Shown here: positions 48,003 to 58,293 of the stretch, piece by piece
Layout: the number at the start of each line of letters is the position of its first letter
How positions within the stretch are numbered: the first letter of the stretch is position 1
DNA from: Nitrospirota bacterium
GTDB taxonomy: Bacteria; Nitrospirota; UBA9217
NCBI GenBank assembly: GCA_035623825.1
Contig: DASPSR010000048.1
Span: 18,369 to 82,368, forward strand
Direction of reading: 5' to 3'
DNA: 64,000 nucleotides
Notes under the pieces: model-generated
What the model was told of the DNA's origin: nothing
The model's database searches: none
Seen by the model: only the letters and a program-made list of their open reading frames with translations
Translations under genes and position numbers: made by a program

Positions 48003-49226
48003 TCAGTTATTATTCACTTCCGGTTTTTTTACCGCAAGGATTGATAGCATTACGCTTGCCAGCAGCGCGAGGCCGGCGCCCATAGCGAAGGCTAATGCTG
48101 AGCCGAGCTTCTGCCAGACCGCTCCGAAGAGCAGCGATGCCGGAAAAGCTCCTATCCCCACGACGAGGTTGTATAGCCCGAATGCCGAGCCGCGCAGATG
48201 CGCAGGGGCAAAGTCTGCCACAAGGGCCTTTTCCACCCCCTCTGTCAGGCCAAAGTAGATTCCGTAAACCGCGAAGAGCGCCCATGCGTGCCAGTGTCGG
48301 CTCGCCGCACCGAAACCAGCGTACACAAAAGCGTATACAATCCACCCGGTGACGATCACCTTTTTCCTGCCGATGCTGTCAGAAATTATCCCCCCTGGAA
48401 CTGAGAAACCCATCTTAACGATGTGAAGTACGACCCAGATGGCGGGCAGGAGCCGTACAGGCACACCAAGCTGCTGCGCGCGAAGAAGCAGGAATGCGTC
48501 TGTTGAGTTCCCGAGCGCGAAAACAAGGATGATCCCAAGGTATTTGCGGAAGCCAGTCGACATCTCTGCCCAAGCGGACCTGAAGCTGAACGTAGCCTGC
48601 CGAGCAGCGCCAGGTCCTTCAGCCTCCTTTTCTGTCAGACCGAGGAGGAGCATGAGCACCGCGAGCAGACCGGGGACAAAGGAGAGCAGGAAAATGGTCT
48701 TGATGTTGTCGTGATATACAAGCAAGAGTGCGGTCGCAGCGAGCGGGCCTATGATGGCGCCGGCGTGGTCCATGGCACGGTGAAACCCGTAGGCCTTGCC
48801 CCGGAACTCGGCAGGAGTCGAGTCTGCGATGATTGCGTCGCGAGGCGACGTCCTAAGTCCCTTACCCACGCGGTCGGCGAAGCGGAGCGCGAGCACATGA
48901 ACCCAGGATGTCGAAAAGGAGATGACCGGACGGATAACGTTCGAGATAGAATAACCCGCAACGACCCAAGCCTTGCGCTGTTTCACCCTGTCAGAGAGAT
49001 AGCCCGAATAGAGCTTAAGCAGCGAAGCCGTGGATTCAGCAACACCTTCGATCACGCCGAGGGCCTGCGGACCCGCACTGAGCACGGTGGTAAGAAACGC
49101 CGGGAGGAGCGGATAGATCATCTCAGATGCTCCGTCGTTTAAAAGGCTGACAAATCCGAGGATAACAACGTTTTTTGTGAGGCCTCTGCGCCAGCCTGGA
49201 GCCGCTGTTTTCGTTTCGGTCGCCAT
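48003..49226 (-). CDS. MFS transporter
   Basis: About 12 TM helices, GYLSDRVKQRK, DRVGKGLRTSPRDA, SDSIGRKK. Confidence 0.92.
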   Translation of the reverse strand: MATETKTAAPGWRRGLTKNVVILGFVSLLNDGASEMIYPLLPAFLTTVLSAGPQALGVIEGVAESTASLLKLYSGYLSDRVKQRKAWVVAGYSISNVIRPVISFSTSWVHVLALRFADRVGKGLRTSPRDAIIADSTPAEFRGKAYGFHRAMDHAGAIIGPLAATALLLVYHDNIKTIFLLSFVPGLLAVLMLLLGLTEKEAEGPGAARQATFSFRSAWAEMSTGFRKYLGIILVFALGNSTDAFLLLRAQQLGVPVRLLPAIWVVLHIVKMGFSVPGGIISDSIGRKKVIVTGWIVYAFVYAGFGAASRHWHAWALFAVYGIYFGLTEGVEKALVADFAPAHLRGSAFGLYNLVVGIGAFPASLLFGAVWQKLGSALAFAMGAGLALLASVMLSILAVKKPEVNNN

Positions 49227-49280
49227 GAAAACAGACTTTACCTTATTTGATTCTTTTTTTCAAGCGGACAAAACGATAGG

Positions 49281-50132
49281 TCACCGGAGGACATCAAGAA
49301 GTGTAAATACAAAGATTGTTACGCTGATATAGCCGTTCATATTAAAGAACGCAAGGTCCAGTTTCGAAAGGTCGTCCTCCTTGATGAGGCTGTGTTCGTA
49401 GATGATGAGGCACAGAGCGATGAAGATGCCGGCGAGATAGTACCATCCCAGGGAGAGCAAATAAGACAACCAGAAGAGCGCCCCCATGGTAATCGCATGC
49501 GCGGTGCGGGATATCAAGAGCGCGCGTCTTATGCCGAATCGCTCAGGGATGGAATGCAGCCCGGCCCTTTTGTCGAATTCGATGTCCTGAAGTGCATAGA
49601 GGATGTCGAATCCAAGGAGCCAGGACAAGACCGCACCTCCCAGCACCAGCGCTGGAGATGCAATCTTTCCCGAAACTGCTATCCATGAACCGATGGGTGC
49701 CAGACAGATGGCGAGGCCCAGGAACGCATGCGACAGGAACGTGAAACGCTTGGTATAGGAATAGAAGAACACCGTTGCGAGCGCTACAGGCGAAAGATAG
49801 AAAGAAAGAGGATTCAGCATATAGGCAGCGAAGATGAGGACCGCCGAAGAGAACGCAGTGAAGACGACAACCTGGAATGGTGTTACCAGCCCTCTTGGAA
49901 GTGCTCGCTCCTTGGTCCGCGGGTTCTCCGAATCGAATTTTCTGTCAGCCCATCTATTAAACCCCATGGCTGCCGAACGGGCTCCAACCATGGCGACGGT
50001 AATCCAGAGGATCGTCCTCCACGATGGCAGCCCGTTCGCCGCAAGCACCGCGCCGGTGAAGGCGAAGGGCAGGGCGAAGATGGTATGTTCGAATTTGATC
50101 ATTTCAAGGATGATCTTTATTTTATTCAGCAT
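49281..50132 (-). CDS. UbiA-family polyprenyltransferase (MqnP-like)
   Basis: IKFEHTIFALPFA, ARSAAMGFNRWADRKFD..NPRT, YSYTKRF, FDILYALQD. Confidence 0.9.
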   Translation of the reverse strand: MLNKIKIILEMIKFEHTIFALPFAFTGAVLAANGLPSWRTILWITVAMVGARSAAMGFNRWADRKFDSENPRTKERALPRGLVTPFQVVVFTAFSSAVLIFAAYMLNPLSFYLSPVALATVFFYSYTKRFTFLSHAFLGLAICLAPIGSWIAVSGKIASPALVLGGAVLSWLLGFDILYALQDIEFDKRAGLHSIPERFGIRRALLISRTAHAITMGALFWLSYLLSLGWYYLAGIFIALCLIIYEHSLIKEDDLSKLDLAFFNMNGYISVTIFVFTLLDVLR

Positions 50133-50244
50133 GGTCGCTCCCGCCACTGAAAAAATATGAGCGAGGACTTTAAGAAGTCGTCGCACATAAGATACTGGAG
50201 CACGCCTTGGGCACTCTCTCTAGCGCCTTTGCGCGTTCAAAAAA

Positions 50245-51138
50245 TTATTTACTCACTGTCATCTTGTTCCACGCTTCAATCTTTTTTTTGATCTCCGGCA
50301 CGGCCTTTTGTGCAGCCTCGATCCCCGCCTGCATGCAATACTTCTTTTGGGTGAAGTCGAACGTCCCTACATTCCCAACGGCTGGAGCAATGAGCACATC
50401 AGCGGCCTTCTTTTTATACTTCGCATTCTCGCTCGTTATGATCGTAACGGCCTGGAGCATTACGTCAACGACATTCGTGATATTGAAATTAATCACATTC
50501 TCGCTTATATCGACAGCGATCACGATATCTGCGCCCTTCTCCCTGGCAACGTCAATGGGAATGTTGTCCACGACGCCACCGTCAACGAGGAGCCTTCCCT
50601 GATGCTCCACAGGGTTGAACACCCCGGGTATGGCGCTGCTCGCCCGCACTGCCTTAGCTACGGGACCGTGGTCGATGACGACTCGCGTGCCCCTGTTCAG
50701 ATCCGTTGCGACCGCGGCGAATGGCAACTTGAGGTTTTCTATGTTCGCAACCGGAACCTTGCTCTTCATAAACTCTTCGAGTTTATCGCCCTTAACGGGC
50801 CCCATTCCCGTTATCGTGGATAAGAGCGTATAATCCAGGATGTTGTCCCTCTCCAACGAGAAAGCGGTCCATTCTAGCTCAAAGCTGTTCATGTTATAGG
50901 CGTAGATCGCACCGATGAGGCTTCCCACGCTCGTACCGACGATCATATCGACTGGGATCTTCTCCTGCTCAAGCACGCGAATTACTCCGACGTGGGCAAA
51001 CCCCCGGGCCGCACCCCCTCCGAGCACGAGCGCTATCTTCGGCCGTATCGTCCCCGATACCGGGGGGCCCTGCACCGAGGAACATGAGGCCAGCACTCCC
51101 ACCAGAAACATTGCGAACACCACTTTTGCGGATTTCAT
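50245..51138 (-). CDS. Patatin-like phospholipase, lipoprotein
   Basis: LASC lipobox, GGGAARG, GTSVG nucleophile, DGG. Confidence 0.92.
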   Translation of the reverse strand: MKSAKVVFAMFLVGVLASCSSVQGPPVSGTIRPKIALVLGGGAARGFAHVGVIRVLEQEKIPVDMIVGTSVGSLIGAIYAYNMNSFELEWTAFSLERDNILDYTLLSTITGMGPVKGDKLEEFMKSKVPVANIENLKLPFAAVATDLNRGTRVVIDHGPVAKAVRASSAIPGVFNPVEHQGRLLVDGGVVDNIPIDVAREKGADIVIAVDISENVINFNITNVVDVMLQAVTIITSENAKYKKKAADVLIAPAVGNVGTFDFTQKKYCMQAGIEAAQKAVPEIKKKIEAWNKMTVSK

Positions 51139-51208
51139 GGCTTCTTCTCCAAAGTCAAAGGATACACGAGGTTATGAAGGAAAGGATGGCGGCTCTGCAT
51201 CCATTCCT

Positions 51209-53815
51209 TTAACCCGCCTTCAGTAATTTCACTATTTCTTCGTGCAGACTCCTTACGATCTCACCGTAATCTTTTTCGCCGGGATAGACCGGCTTTCCGA
51301 AGGACACGGAGACCTTGGCCGGCCTCGGGAATACTTTGCCGCTGGCCAGCATCTGATAGGTACCGTTGATCGCTACGGGGACCAGCGGCACACGCAGTTC
51401 CTTCGCGATTATCCCCACGCCCTTTTTGAACTCCTTTATTTTGCCATCGCGCGACCGGCCTCCCTCGGGAAAGATGCAAAGTATCTTCCGCTGCCTCAGC
51501 ACGTATGATGACAGTTGCAGCGCACGATACAGCCTCGTTTCCATGTCCACGGGTATCACCTGGATGACCTTCGCTATCTTGGACATGACGGGACTTCCGA
51601 AGAAATCGGTTGTGCCAAGGAAGAAAGTCTGCAAACCAACACGCAGCGGGAGCGCCGCCACAATCGACGGCGCATCGACGAAGCTCAGGTGGTTCGATGC
51701 GATGATATAGGGGCCTTTCTCCGGCAGGTTCTCGAGGCCAGTCGCCGAAATACGGCCATAGAGCTTGAACATGACATTGAGCAGGAGTTTGATCGCGTAC
51801 CTGCCTATATCGCAGATCGGGCCAGATTCGAGCTTAAGCGACTGCTTGGTCTCGTCCGATGGATCCTGTGCGAGGATCTCCGACCACGACAGCCTGACCT
51901 GCGCGACTGCCGGCACCGGTCCGGCTGACAGCAGCTCCTGCATCTTGAGCACGGCATCCTTGACCGTAAATATTTCAGAACCGAAGGACTCCGGCAGAGT
52001 GATACCGAACGACTTCTCGATGCTCACCACCAGTTCCAATCTCGCGAGCGAGTCAAGCCCCAGGTCAAGTTCCAGGTTGTCGTCGGGCACGATCTTCCTC
52101 TTGGCAGAGAATGGCTGCAGGCACGCCAGCAGTTTTTTTGCAGCAGCGCTCGACAGCATATCGCTGTCGATCTCCTGCACTGCCTTGTCCAGGCGTTCTC
52201 CTCCCTTCCGGTAGAGGTCAGAAATCAGGCCCCGACGGAGCTTGCCGAGGCGAGTGACCGGGAAAGGTTCTTTGAAAATCTTGAGGCCTGTGACTCGTTT
52301 ATAAGGAGGGATGTCTTTGGCAAGGTCCTCGATCTGGAATGCAATGGTCTCGCGCGAGTTGGACAAGTTCCTCTTCCTGAGATAATCGAAATCCGGCACC
52401 ACTGCGGCCTCGAGCCCCCGCTCTCCCTGGATTAAGCATATTTCCTTGATGGAGGGTATCTGTTTGTAGAATTTCTCAAGCTCGTCTGGGAATATTTTCT
52501 TCCCCGTCGCAAGCACGATCATCTCCTTGGATCTGCCTGTGATGAAGAAATAGCCGTCCTTATCTTGGTAACCAAGGTCCCCGGTAGAGAACCAGCCATC
52601 CCGCATGACCTCTGCGGTTTCCTGCGGTTTCTGATAGTATCCGAGCATGACATTTGGACCTCGCACGACGATTTCGCCCTGGCCGAGCTTGTCCGGGTCG
52701 GCGATCCGGACCTCCACATCCGGAATAGGGATGCCGATGGACCCCGGTTTCTGCTTGGTAAGCGGATTGAATGTGCAGACCGGCGATGTTTCAGTAAGGC
52801 CGTAACCCTCGATGACCGTGAATCCGAGATTGCTCATGTCGGTGAACACGTCCGGCTCGAGCCTCGCGCCGCCGCTCGCGAAGAGCCGAAATTTTGAACC
52901 GAATCTGGCGTGAATCTTCCCGAAGAGCGCCTTGCCGATATTGATGTTTGCGGCCCTCCTGATCAGACCGTTCAGTCCCAAAAACAATCTCACGATCAGC
53001 CGCACCGGCGCTGGCCTCTTGTCGATCTCATCAAAGATGGCCCTTCGAAGGCCCGCGAAGAGCTGCGGCACCCCTACCACAACACTGACCCCTGTCTCAA
53101 CGATGCATGCGAGGATGTCCGGCCCCTTCAGGCTGTTCAGGATAGTCACCGTGGCTCCGATACCGAAGGCCAACAGTATGCACGCAAGGGAGGGATAGGT
53201 GTGATGCAGGGGGAGGATGCAGAGGAGATTATCGGTATGATCAACCAGGTTCAGTTTGATCACGCTGTCCCGGTTCGACGCGATGTTCCCATGAGAAAGC
53301 ATCACGCCCTTGGGATCGCCGGTGGTACCGGAAGTGTACAGGAGCGCTGCGAGATCACTGGCAGCGGGAGGGGGCGGAAGCTCGGCATCAGGATGGGCCG
53401 ATAGCATTTCGCTGAATGACAGGCCTTCACCTGGATCAAATGAAATCAGCAAAAACGATCCTCCGTGGGGGAGCTTGGACATGCAAGCTCCGGACACACA
53501 GACGGCCTTTGCCCCGGAATCCGCGAGAAGCAGAGAGACCTCTTTCTGCGTAAGTTGAGCATCCAGCGGAACGATGACCGCGCCGCTGCCGACAACGGCT
53601 AGGTACGCGATCATCCACTCCGGACGGTTCTCGGATAGGATGGCCACGCGGTCCTCCCGCCCAATCCCCTGCTCAGAAAGCGACCGGGCAACGGAAGCAA
53701 TGCCCGCAAGAAGATCGCGATACGCGTACTTGCGGTACTCTGTCCCCGTCTTCATTTGGACGGCAATTCTATCTGGATAGCGGGACGCAGAATCCCGAAT
53801 CCTCGACAGTATCAT
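51209..53815 (-). CDS. Long-chain acyl-CoA/ACP ligase - acyl carrier domain - PlsC acyltransferase fusion
   Basis: YTSGTTGDPKG, GYGLTETSP, TGDLG; carrier motif DLGLDSL; NHLSFVD (HX4D) and FPEGGRS. Confidence 0.9.
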   Translation of the reverse strand: MILSRIRDSASRYPDRIAVQMKTGTEYRKYAYRDLLAGIASVARSLSEQGIGREDRVAILSENRPEWMIAYLAVVGSGAVIVPLDAQLTQKEVSLLLADSGAKAVCVSGACMSKLPHGGSFLLISFDPGEGLSFSEMLSAHPDAELPPPPAASDLAALLYTSGTTGDPKGVMLSHGNIASNRDSVIKLNLVDHTDNLLCILPLHHTYPSLACILLAFGIGATVTILNSLKGPDILACIVETGVSVVVGVPQLFAGLRRAIFDEIDKRPAPVRLIVRLFLGLNGLIRRAANINIGKALFGKIHARFGSKFRLFASGGARLEPDVFTDMSNLGFTVIEGYGLTETSPVCTFNPLTKQKPGSIGIPIPDVEVRIADPDKLGQGEIVVRGPNVMLGYYQKPQETAEVMRDGWFSTGDLGYQDKDGYFFITGRSKEMIVLATGKKIFPDELEKFYKQIPSIKEICLIQGERGLEAAVVPDFDYLRKRNLSNSRETIAFQIEDLAKDIPPYKRVTGLKIFKEPFPVTRLGKLRRGLISDLYRKGGERLDKAVQEIDSDMLSSAAAKKLLACLQPFSAKRKIVPDDNLELDLGLDSLARLELVVSIEKSFGITLPESFGSEIFTVKDAVLKMQELLSAGPVPAVAQVRLSWSEILAQDPSDETKQSLKLESGPICDIGRYAIKLLLNVMFKLYGRISATGLENLPEKGPYIIASNHLSFVDAPSIVAALPLRVGLQTFFLGTTDFFGSPVMSKIAKVIQVIPVDMETRLYRALQLSSYVLRQRKILCIFPEGGRSRDGKIKEFKKGVGIIAKELRVPLVPVAINGTYQMLASGKVFPRPAKVSVSFGKPVYPGEKDYGEIVRSLHEEIVKLLKAG

Positions 53816-54315
53816 ACGTGCCTCGCTTTCAGTTTTCAGGAACAGTCGAGTAACAGAATATGGCGACCTCTCCGTCGGCTAAAGCAGACGGCTTCTCGGG
53901 ACACGGCGCCGCCCGATTCAGGACCGTTACGTCCCATCTGCCAGTTCCTGGGGAAATGGGCGCGATATAATACACTTATCGCACCGTTCTCATCTCTATG
54001 CGGAGGCGAGCAGGTGAAACTGCAGTCAGGCCGCCGGGGGCTGATCTGGCGCTCTTCCTTGTCCCTTGACGAGTGGGAAGCGTACGCTGCATTGCATCTA
54101 TCCGCCTTGTAGCCGATTTCCGCTTTTCGAGGTACGAGTTATGCAAGCGCGACGGGTCTCCGGCATTATGCCGGATGACGGACTGGTAGCTGGTCGCACG
54201 GAGGCGGGACTCGCATGCGCAAAGCATATGTCTGCGTGTCGCCGGTTTACACGGTGATATCAGGGATATAATCACAGATCAATAATCGTAGAATCAGTTT
54301 ACAGGAAACAGACAT

Positions 54316-54343
54316 AAAAATCAATCTGACGGGACCGCTCAGA
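54316..54343 (-). terminator. Possible terminator after the M28 peptidase gene
   Basis: Minus strand TCTGAGCGG-TC-CCGTCAGA followed by TTGATTTTT. Confidence 0.4.
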
Positions 54344-54446
54344 CGGGAGAGAGACGATTTCTCTGCATGAAGGGTAAGCCCCCTTGTCGGTGTGCGTCGG
54401 CATCCTCAGGTCGCTGCGGCAATTTTAATATCACGCACGGGCAATA

Positions 54447-55361
54447 TCAATCCTGCTCACTTGATAATATATAATCGACCTCATCACTGTCACTCCTTTC
54501 CCCCCATTCCTTTACCACTGCCGTCAGTCCCTTTACCACTTTGGCCATCCTGTTATAATCAAGCGTCTCTGGAAGGTCTGTAGACGCATGGTAGTTCGGA
54601 TTGCGGTAGAATGCTGTGTCGGTGACCATAAGCGCCGTGTATCCGAACTTCCCGAAGGACCAGTGGTCGGAGAAATCGATGCCGATTACGATCGGAGGGG
54701 CGTTAAGGGTAACGACCGGAAGATCGACGGCCTCTTTGAAGATTGCCGCGATCGTCTTCGTAAAACGTTTCGACCTCATATTTCCGACCATGGCGATATA
54801 ATTACCCTTGGTAGGAAACTTCCGGCGAAAGAGCGGGAAGGGATATTGCTGTGAACCCTCACGGTCGTTGAAAAATCCAATCATCTCGAGGCAAATCATG
54901 CCTTCCACTTTTTCACGGTTCTTCTTCAAACTGCGTGCGTAGTGGTAGCTCCCCATGTCCCGTGTTCGGTAGAACGGGGGCTCTTCAAGGGCAAAAGCGA
55001 CAAACCTCACGGTCTTTGCCATCCTCACCCCCGCGAGCGCTCTCGACAGCGCCAGCAGCCCCGCTACTCCGCTTGCGTTGTCATCGGCACCCGGTGTCGT
55101 ACGCACCGTGTCGTAGTGGGCACCGACGACCAGGATCTTTTCAGGGGAAGTGTTCCCGACGAGTTCGGCGATGACATTCTGATAGGTTTTTCCGCTGATC
55201 GGAACAGGCTGTCTCGAGGTCTTCAAACCGAAGGAGTTGAATTCGCTGGCTATAGCGTTCCCACAACGTTCGAGCCTGTCGGCATCAAGGTAGGTCCGGA
55301 CGCCGATCTCTTGCGCTAGTTCGGTCACGACCTTGCGAAGATAAGCCGCGGTATCCAGCAT
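54447..55361 (-). CDS. M28 family peptidase
   Basis: GAHYD, PGADDNASG, LEEPP, CLEMIG, SDHWSF, NPNYH; TTGACA-18-TACCTT just upstream of ATG 55361. Confidence 0.88.
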   Translation of the reverse strand: MLDTAAYLRKVVTELAQEIGVRTYLDADRLERCGNAIASEFNSFGLKTSRQPVPISGKTYQNVIAELVGNTSPEKILVVGAHYDTVRTTPGADDNASGVAGLLALSRALAGVRMAKTVRFVAFALEEPPFYRTRDMGSYHYARSLKKNREKVEGMICLEMIGFFNDREGSQQYPFPLFRRKFPTKGNYIAMVGNMRSKRFTKTIAAIFKEAVDLPVVTLNAPPIVIGIDFSDHWSFGKFGYTALMVTDTAFYRNPNYHASTDLPETLDYNRMAKVVKGLTAVVKEWGERSDSDEVDYILSSEQD

Positions 55362-55470
55362 AAAAAAAGGTACCATACCGAATAGCGCGGTGTCAACACG
55401 CAATCCATCACCGATCATTTATTTGGTTTTATGAAGGCTCGGTCTTGTTTGTCGAGTCTAAACGGTCATT

Positions 55471-57417
55471 TCATGTGTCCCACGTGAAGATTTTTTTAAC
55501 GACCCTCTTTCGAAATTCCGCTATTTGCTCATACGGAACGACACGTATGAGCTCTTCTAGGGTCGTCTCTCCCCTCTTAACTCGCGCGAGACCGTCCTCG
55601 ATCATAGTCTGCCGCTTACCTTGCGTGAACACAATCTCGCGCAGCGTATGGTTGTCAAGTTTCCTGTTAAGCTCAAGGACCTCTTCACGGGTCGGCACCC
55701 ACAGTTCCACGATAGGGCGTCTTCCCGAATATCCGGTGTAATTGCACTGTGAGCAGCCCTTCCCGTATACGAACTCCAGTGGCGTGTCCGGCGTTATGAG
55801 GAACTCCTTGACAATATGTTCGGGAGGGGCCAGCTTAACCTTGCAGTGCGTGCAGATCGTGCGGACAAGCCGCTGGGCGATGACGCAGCGAATGGTCGAT
55901 GATATGAGGGTCGGTTCAACCCCTATATCCTGCAACCTGATAATTGAGCTGGTTGCGTCATTCGTATGGAGCGTGCTCAGGACCGTATGGCCCGTCAGTG
56001 CGGCCCGGGCGCAGATCGATGCGGTTTCGGCATCTCGGATCTCTCCGACCATGATGTTATCGGGGTCCTGGCGCAGAAAGGATCGGAGCAGACGAGCAAA
56101 GGTGTTCCCTACCACATCGTTCACTTCCGACTGACTTATCCCGTCAAGCGAATATTCAATCGGGTCCTCGGCGGTAAGCGTTTTTACGCCTGGCTTGTTC
56201 AGCTTCGTGAGAATCGCATAGAGCGTCGTTGATTTGCCGGAACCGGTCGGGCCGGTAACGAGAAAGATCCCCGTGGGCCGTTCAAGCTCTTTGGTCAGCA
56301 CATCCGCCTGGGACGCCGACAGCCCGAGGCTCTCGAGCGATGTCGGCAGGCCCTTATTGTCCAGTATCCTGATCACGACGTTTTCACCGTACTGTGTCGG
56401 GACCGTGGACACGCGGAAATCCACTCTCCGGATGGTACCGTCCTTCTTGACTTTCATTCTGAAGCTGCTGTCCTGCGGACGCCTCTTTTCTGCGATATCC
56501 ATATCGCAGAGGATCTTGATCCGGGAAACAATCGGTTTTGCCTGGTTGCTGATCGCGATACCTTCCTTGCCGAGGCCGAGCGTCTGGAGCACCCCGTCGA
56601 CCCGGAAGCGGGCCATCATGCCGTTGGCCGCGCTTTCAAGATGGATGTCGCTTGCGCCGAACTTGATGCCTGTGGAAAGGATCTTACTGACCAGTTGATC
56701 CGTATCAGGCCCAAAAAACTGGTCGGCGTACTTAGATTCGGTCGCTTCACGCTCAACATCCTCGGAGAGCTCGAACTCGATCGGCTCGCTCGTCAGGTGC
56801 GAGGCGATACTGAACTGCGCCTTGTATATCCTCTGCTGCGCAATCATGATATCGTGCTCCGTGGCAATGACGGGGTTTATTTTCATGTCGGTGGCGACCT
56901 CGACCGACCTCATCTCTTCGTTGTTGAGGGGGAAAGCCATGGCAATTGTGAGTGCCCTGCCGACCTTGCAAACCGGCACGATTCTGTGAAGTTGCGCGTA
57001 ATTAAAATTGATGAAGCGGGACAGTTCCTGGTCGAGAGAGAACCTCTCCAGCGTGAAGTACGGCAGGTCGTACTGGGTGGCGATACACCGGGCGAGCTGG
57101 TCTTCTTCGATATAATGCAGTTTCACCAGTGCACGGCCGAGAGGCATGTTCTCCTCTTTGCTGACGGCAAGGGCGTTGCTCAGCTTCACCTCGTCGACGC
57201 GCTTCTGTTTAAGAAGAATCTCTCCCAGCTTCTGGCGCTTTCCCTTGTAATCAAGGAACTCCCTGAGAACGATGTCCTGCAGAAAACCTAGCTGGATCAA
57301 CAATTGGCCTATCGGTTGGTCAGGATACTTTTTTTGCAGCTCAAGGGCCTTCGAGAACTGATCTTCGGATATAAGGCGGTTCTTTATGAGCAATTCCCCA
57401 AGCTTATTTCCTGCCAT
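55471..57417 (-). CDS. GspE/PilB-family secretion ATPase with a duplicated MshEN-like N-terminus
   Basis: Four (K/P)[LI]GxxL repeats, ASDIHLE, RRPQD, GPTGSGKS, EDPIE, LRQDPD, VGEIRD, TGHTVLSTLHTN, CxxC pairs. Confidence 0.92.
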   Translation of the reverse strand: MAGNKLGELLIKNRLISEDQFSKALELQKKYPDQPIGQLLIQLGFLQDIVLREFLDYKGKRQKLGEILLKQKRVDEVKLSNALAVSKEENMPLGRALVKLHYIEEDQLARCIATQYDLPYFTLERFSLDQELSRFINFNYAQLHRIVPVCKVGRALTIAMAFPLNNEEMRSVEVATDMKINPVIATEHDIMIAQQRIYKAQFSIASHLTSEPIEFELSEDVEREATESKYADQFFGPDTDQLVSKILSTGIKFGASDIHLESAANGMMARFRVDGVLQTLGLGKEGIAISNQAKPIVSRIKILCDMDIAEKRRPQDSSFRMKVKKDGTIRRVDFRVSTVPTQYGENVVIRILDNKGLPTSLESLGLSASQADVLTKELERPTGIFLVTGPTGSGKSTTLYAILTKLNKPGVKTLTAEDPIEYSLDGISQSEVNDVVGNTFARLLRSFLRQDPDNIMVGEIRDAETASICARAALTGHTVLSTLHTNDATSSIIRLQDIGVEPTLISSTIRCVIAQRLVRTICTHCKVKLAPPEHIVKEFLITPDTPLEFVYGKGCSQCNYTGYSGRRPIVELWVPTREEVLELNRKLDNHTLREIVFTQGKRQTMIEDGLARVKRGETTLEELIRVVPYEQIAEFRKRVVKKIFTWDT

Positions 57418-57444
57418 ATTTTCTAGCCCCTTTCCATACTATAT

Positions 57445-57521
57445 AAGATACCATGACAAAATGAATTTGTCAAACCCAAAAAACAATGTTTCTTGACTCT
57501 TTTGGCGATTTTCCTTAGACT
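57445..57521. promoter_or_regulatory. Divergent sigma70 promoters (ATPase leftward; CMD-ferredoxin-selenoprotein cluster rightward)
   Basis: Minus: TTGACA(57473-57468)-17-TATCTT(57450-57445). Plus: TTGACT(57493-57498)-17-TAGACT(57516-57521). Confidence 0.6.
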
Positions 57522-57627
57522 AAAATTATACATTTGCGCAGTATCCTTTGCGATTGATCCGCTCAGAGAATAAACAGGAAATCGTGTGTTCGCGCGGACG
57601 GGAGCCCTGAAGAGGAGGAGGCGTCTT

Positions 57628-57951
57628 ATGCCAAAATTACCGAATCAATACACGAGCATTCGAAAGCGATACAAAAGCCTGGCCAGAGCCGTGGAGAATG
57701 TAGGGAAGTCTGCAAAAGCCGCGGGTCCGCTGAACAAGAAGATTGCCGAATTGGTCCAGCTCGCTGCGGCGACGGCCATACGGTCCGAAGGATCCGTGCA
57801 TTCTCACGTGCGTAGAGCGCTGGCTGCCGGGGCCAAGCCCGAGGAGGTCCGGCATACGGTCATTCTCCTCACAAGTACCATCGGTTTCCCCACGGTGTCG
57901 GCTGCCCTCACGTGGCTCGACGACGTGCTTGAAAAGAAGAACAAGATATAA
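57628..57951 (+). CDS. Carboxymuconolactone decarboxylase/AhpD-like protein
   Basis: GPLNKKIAELVQLAAA...HSHVRRALAAGAKPEEV...TIGFP; GAGGAGG RBS. Confidence 0.88.
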   Translation: MPKLPNQYTSIRKRYKSLARAVENVGKSAKAAGPLNKKIAELVQLAAATAIRSEGSVHSHVRRALAAGAKPEEVRHTVILLTSTIGFPTVSAALTWLDDVLEKKNKI

Positions 57952-58023
57952 GGCCAGCATGGCTTCGAACGATAATTATCCCGAATCGACACGCGAACTC
58001 GATAGATTGAAAGGAGAACCGTC

Positions 58024-58257
58024 ATGTCCACAAAACAGAAAGTAACGATAGCCCGCGAAGAATGCACCAGTTGCGAAACATGCTGGATTACCTGCCCGGA
58101 ATTCTTCGAGCAAAACCCGACCGACGGCTGGAGTCAGATCGTCGAGAAATACAGGGTGAGCGGCAACACTGCAGAAGGGATTTCTCCTGCAGAACTGGAG
58201 GGCAAGGTGCGGGAAGCGGCGGATTCTTGTCCGGTCCAGATCATCCATGTGGGATGA
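58024..58257 (+). CDS. Monocluster ferredoxin
   Basis: CTSCETCWITCP...AADSCPVQII. Confidence 0.9.
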   Translation: MSTKQKVTIAREECTSCETCWITCPEFFEQNPTDGWSQIVEKYRVSGNTAEGISPAELEGKVREAADSCPVQIIHVG

Positions 58258-58293
58258 TAGCGCGTCAGCCTTCCTTATGAACGCGATCGAGCC

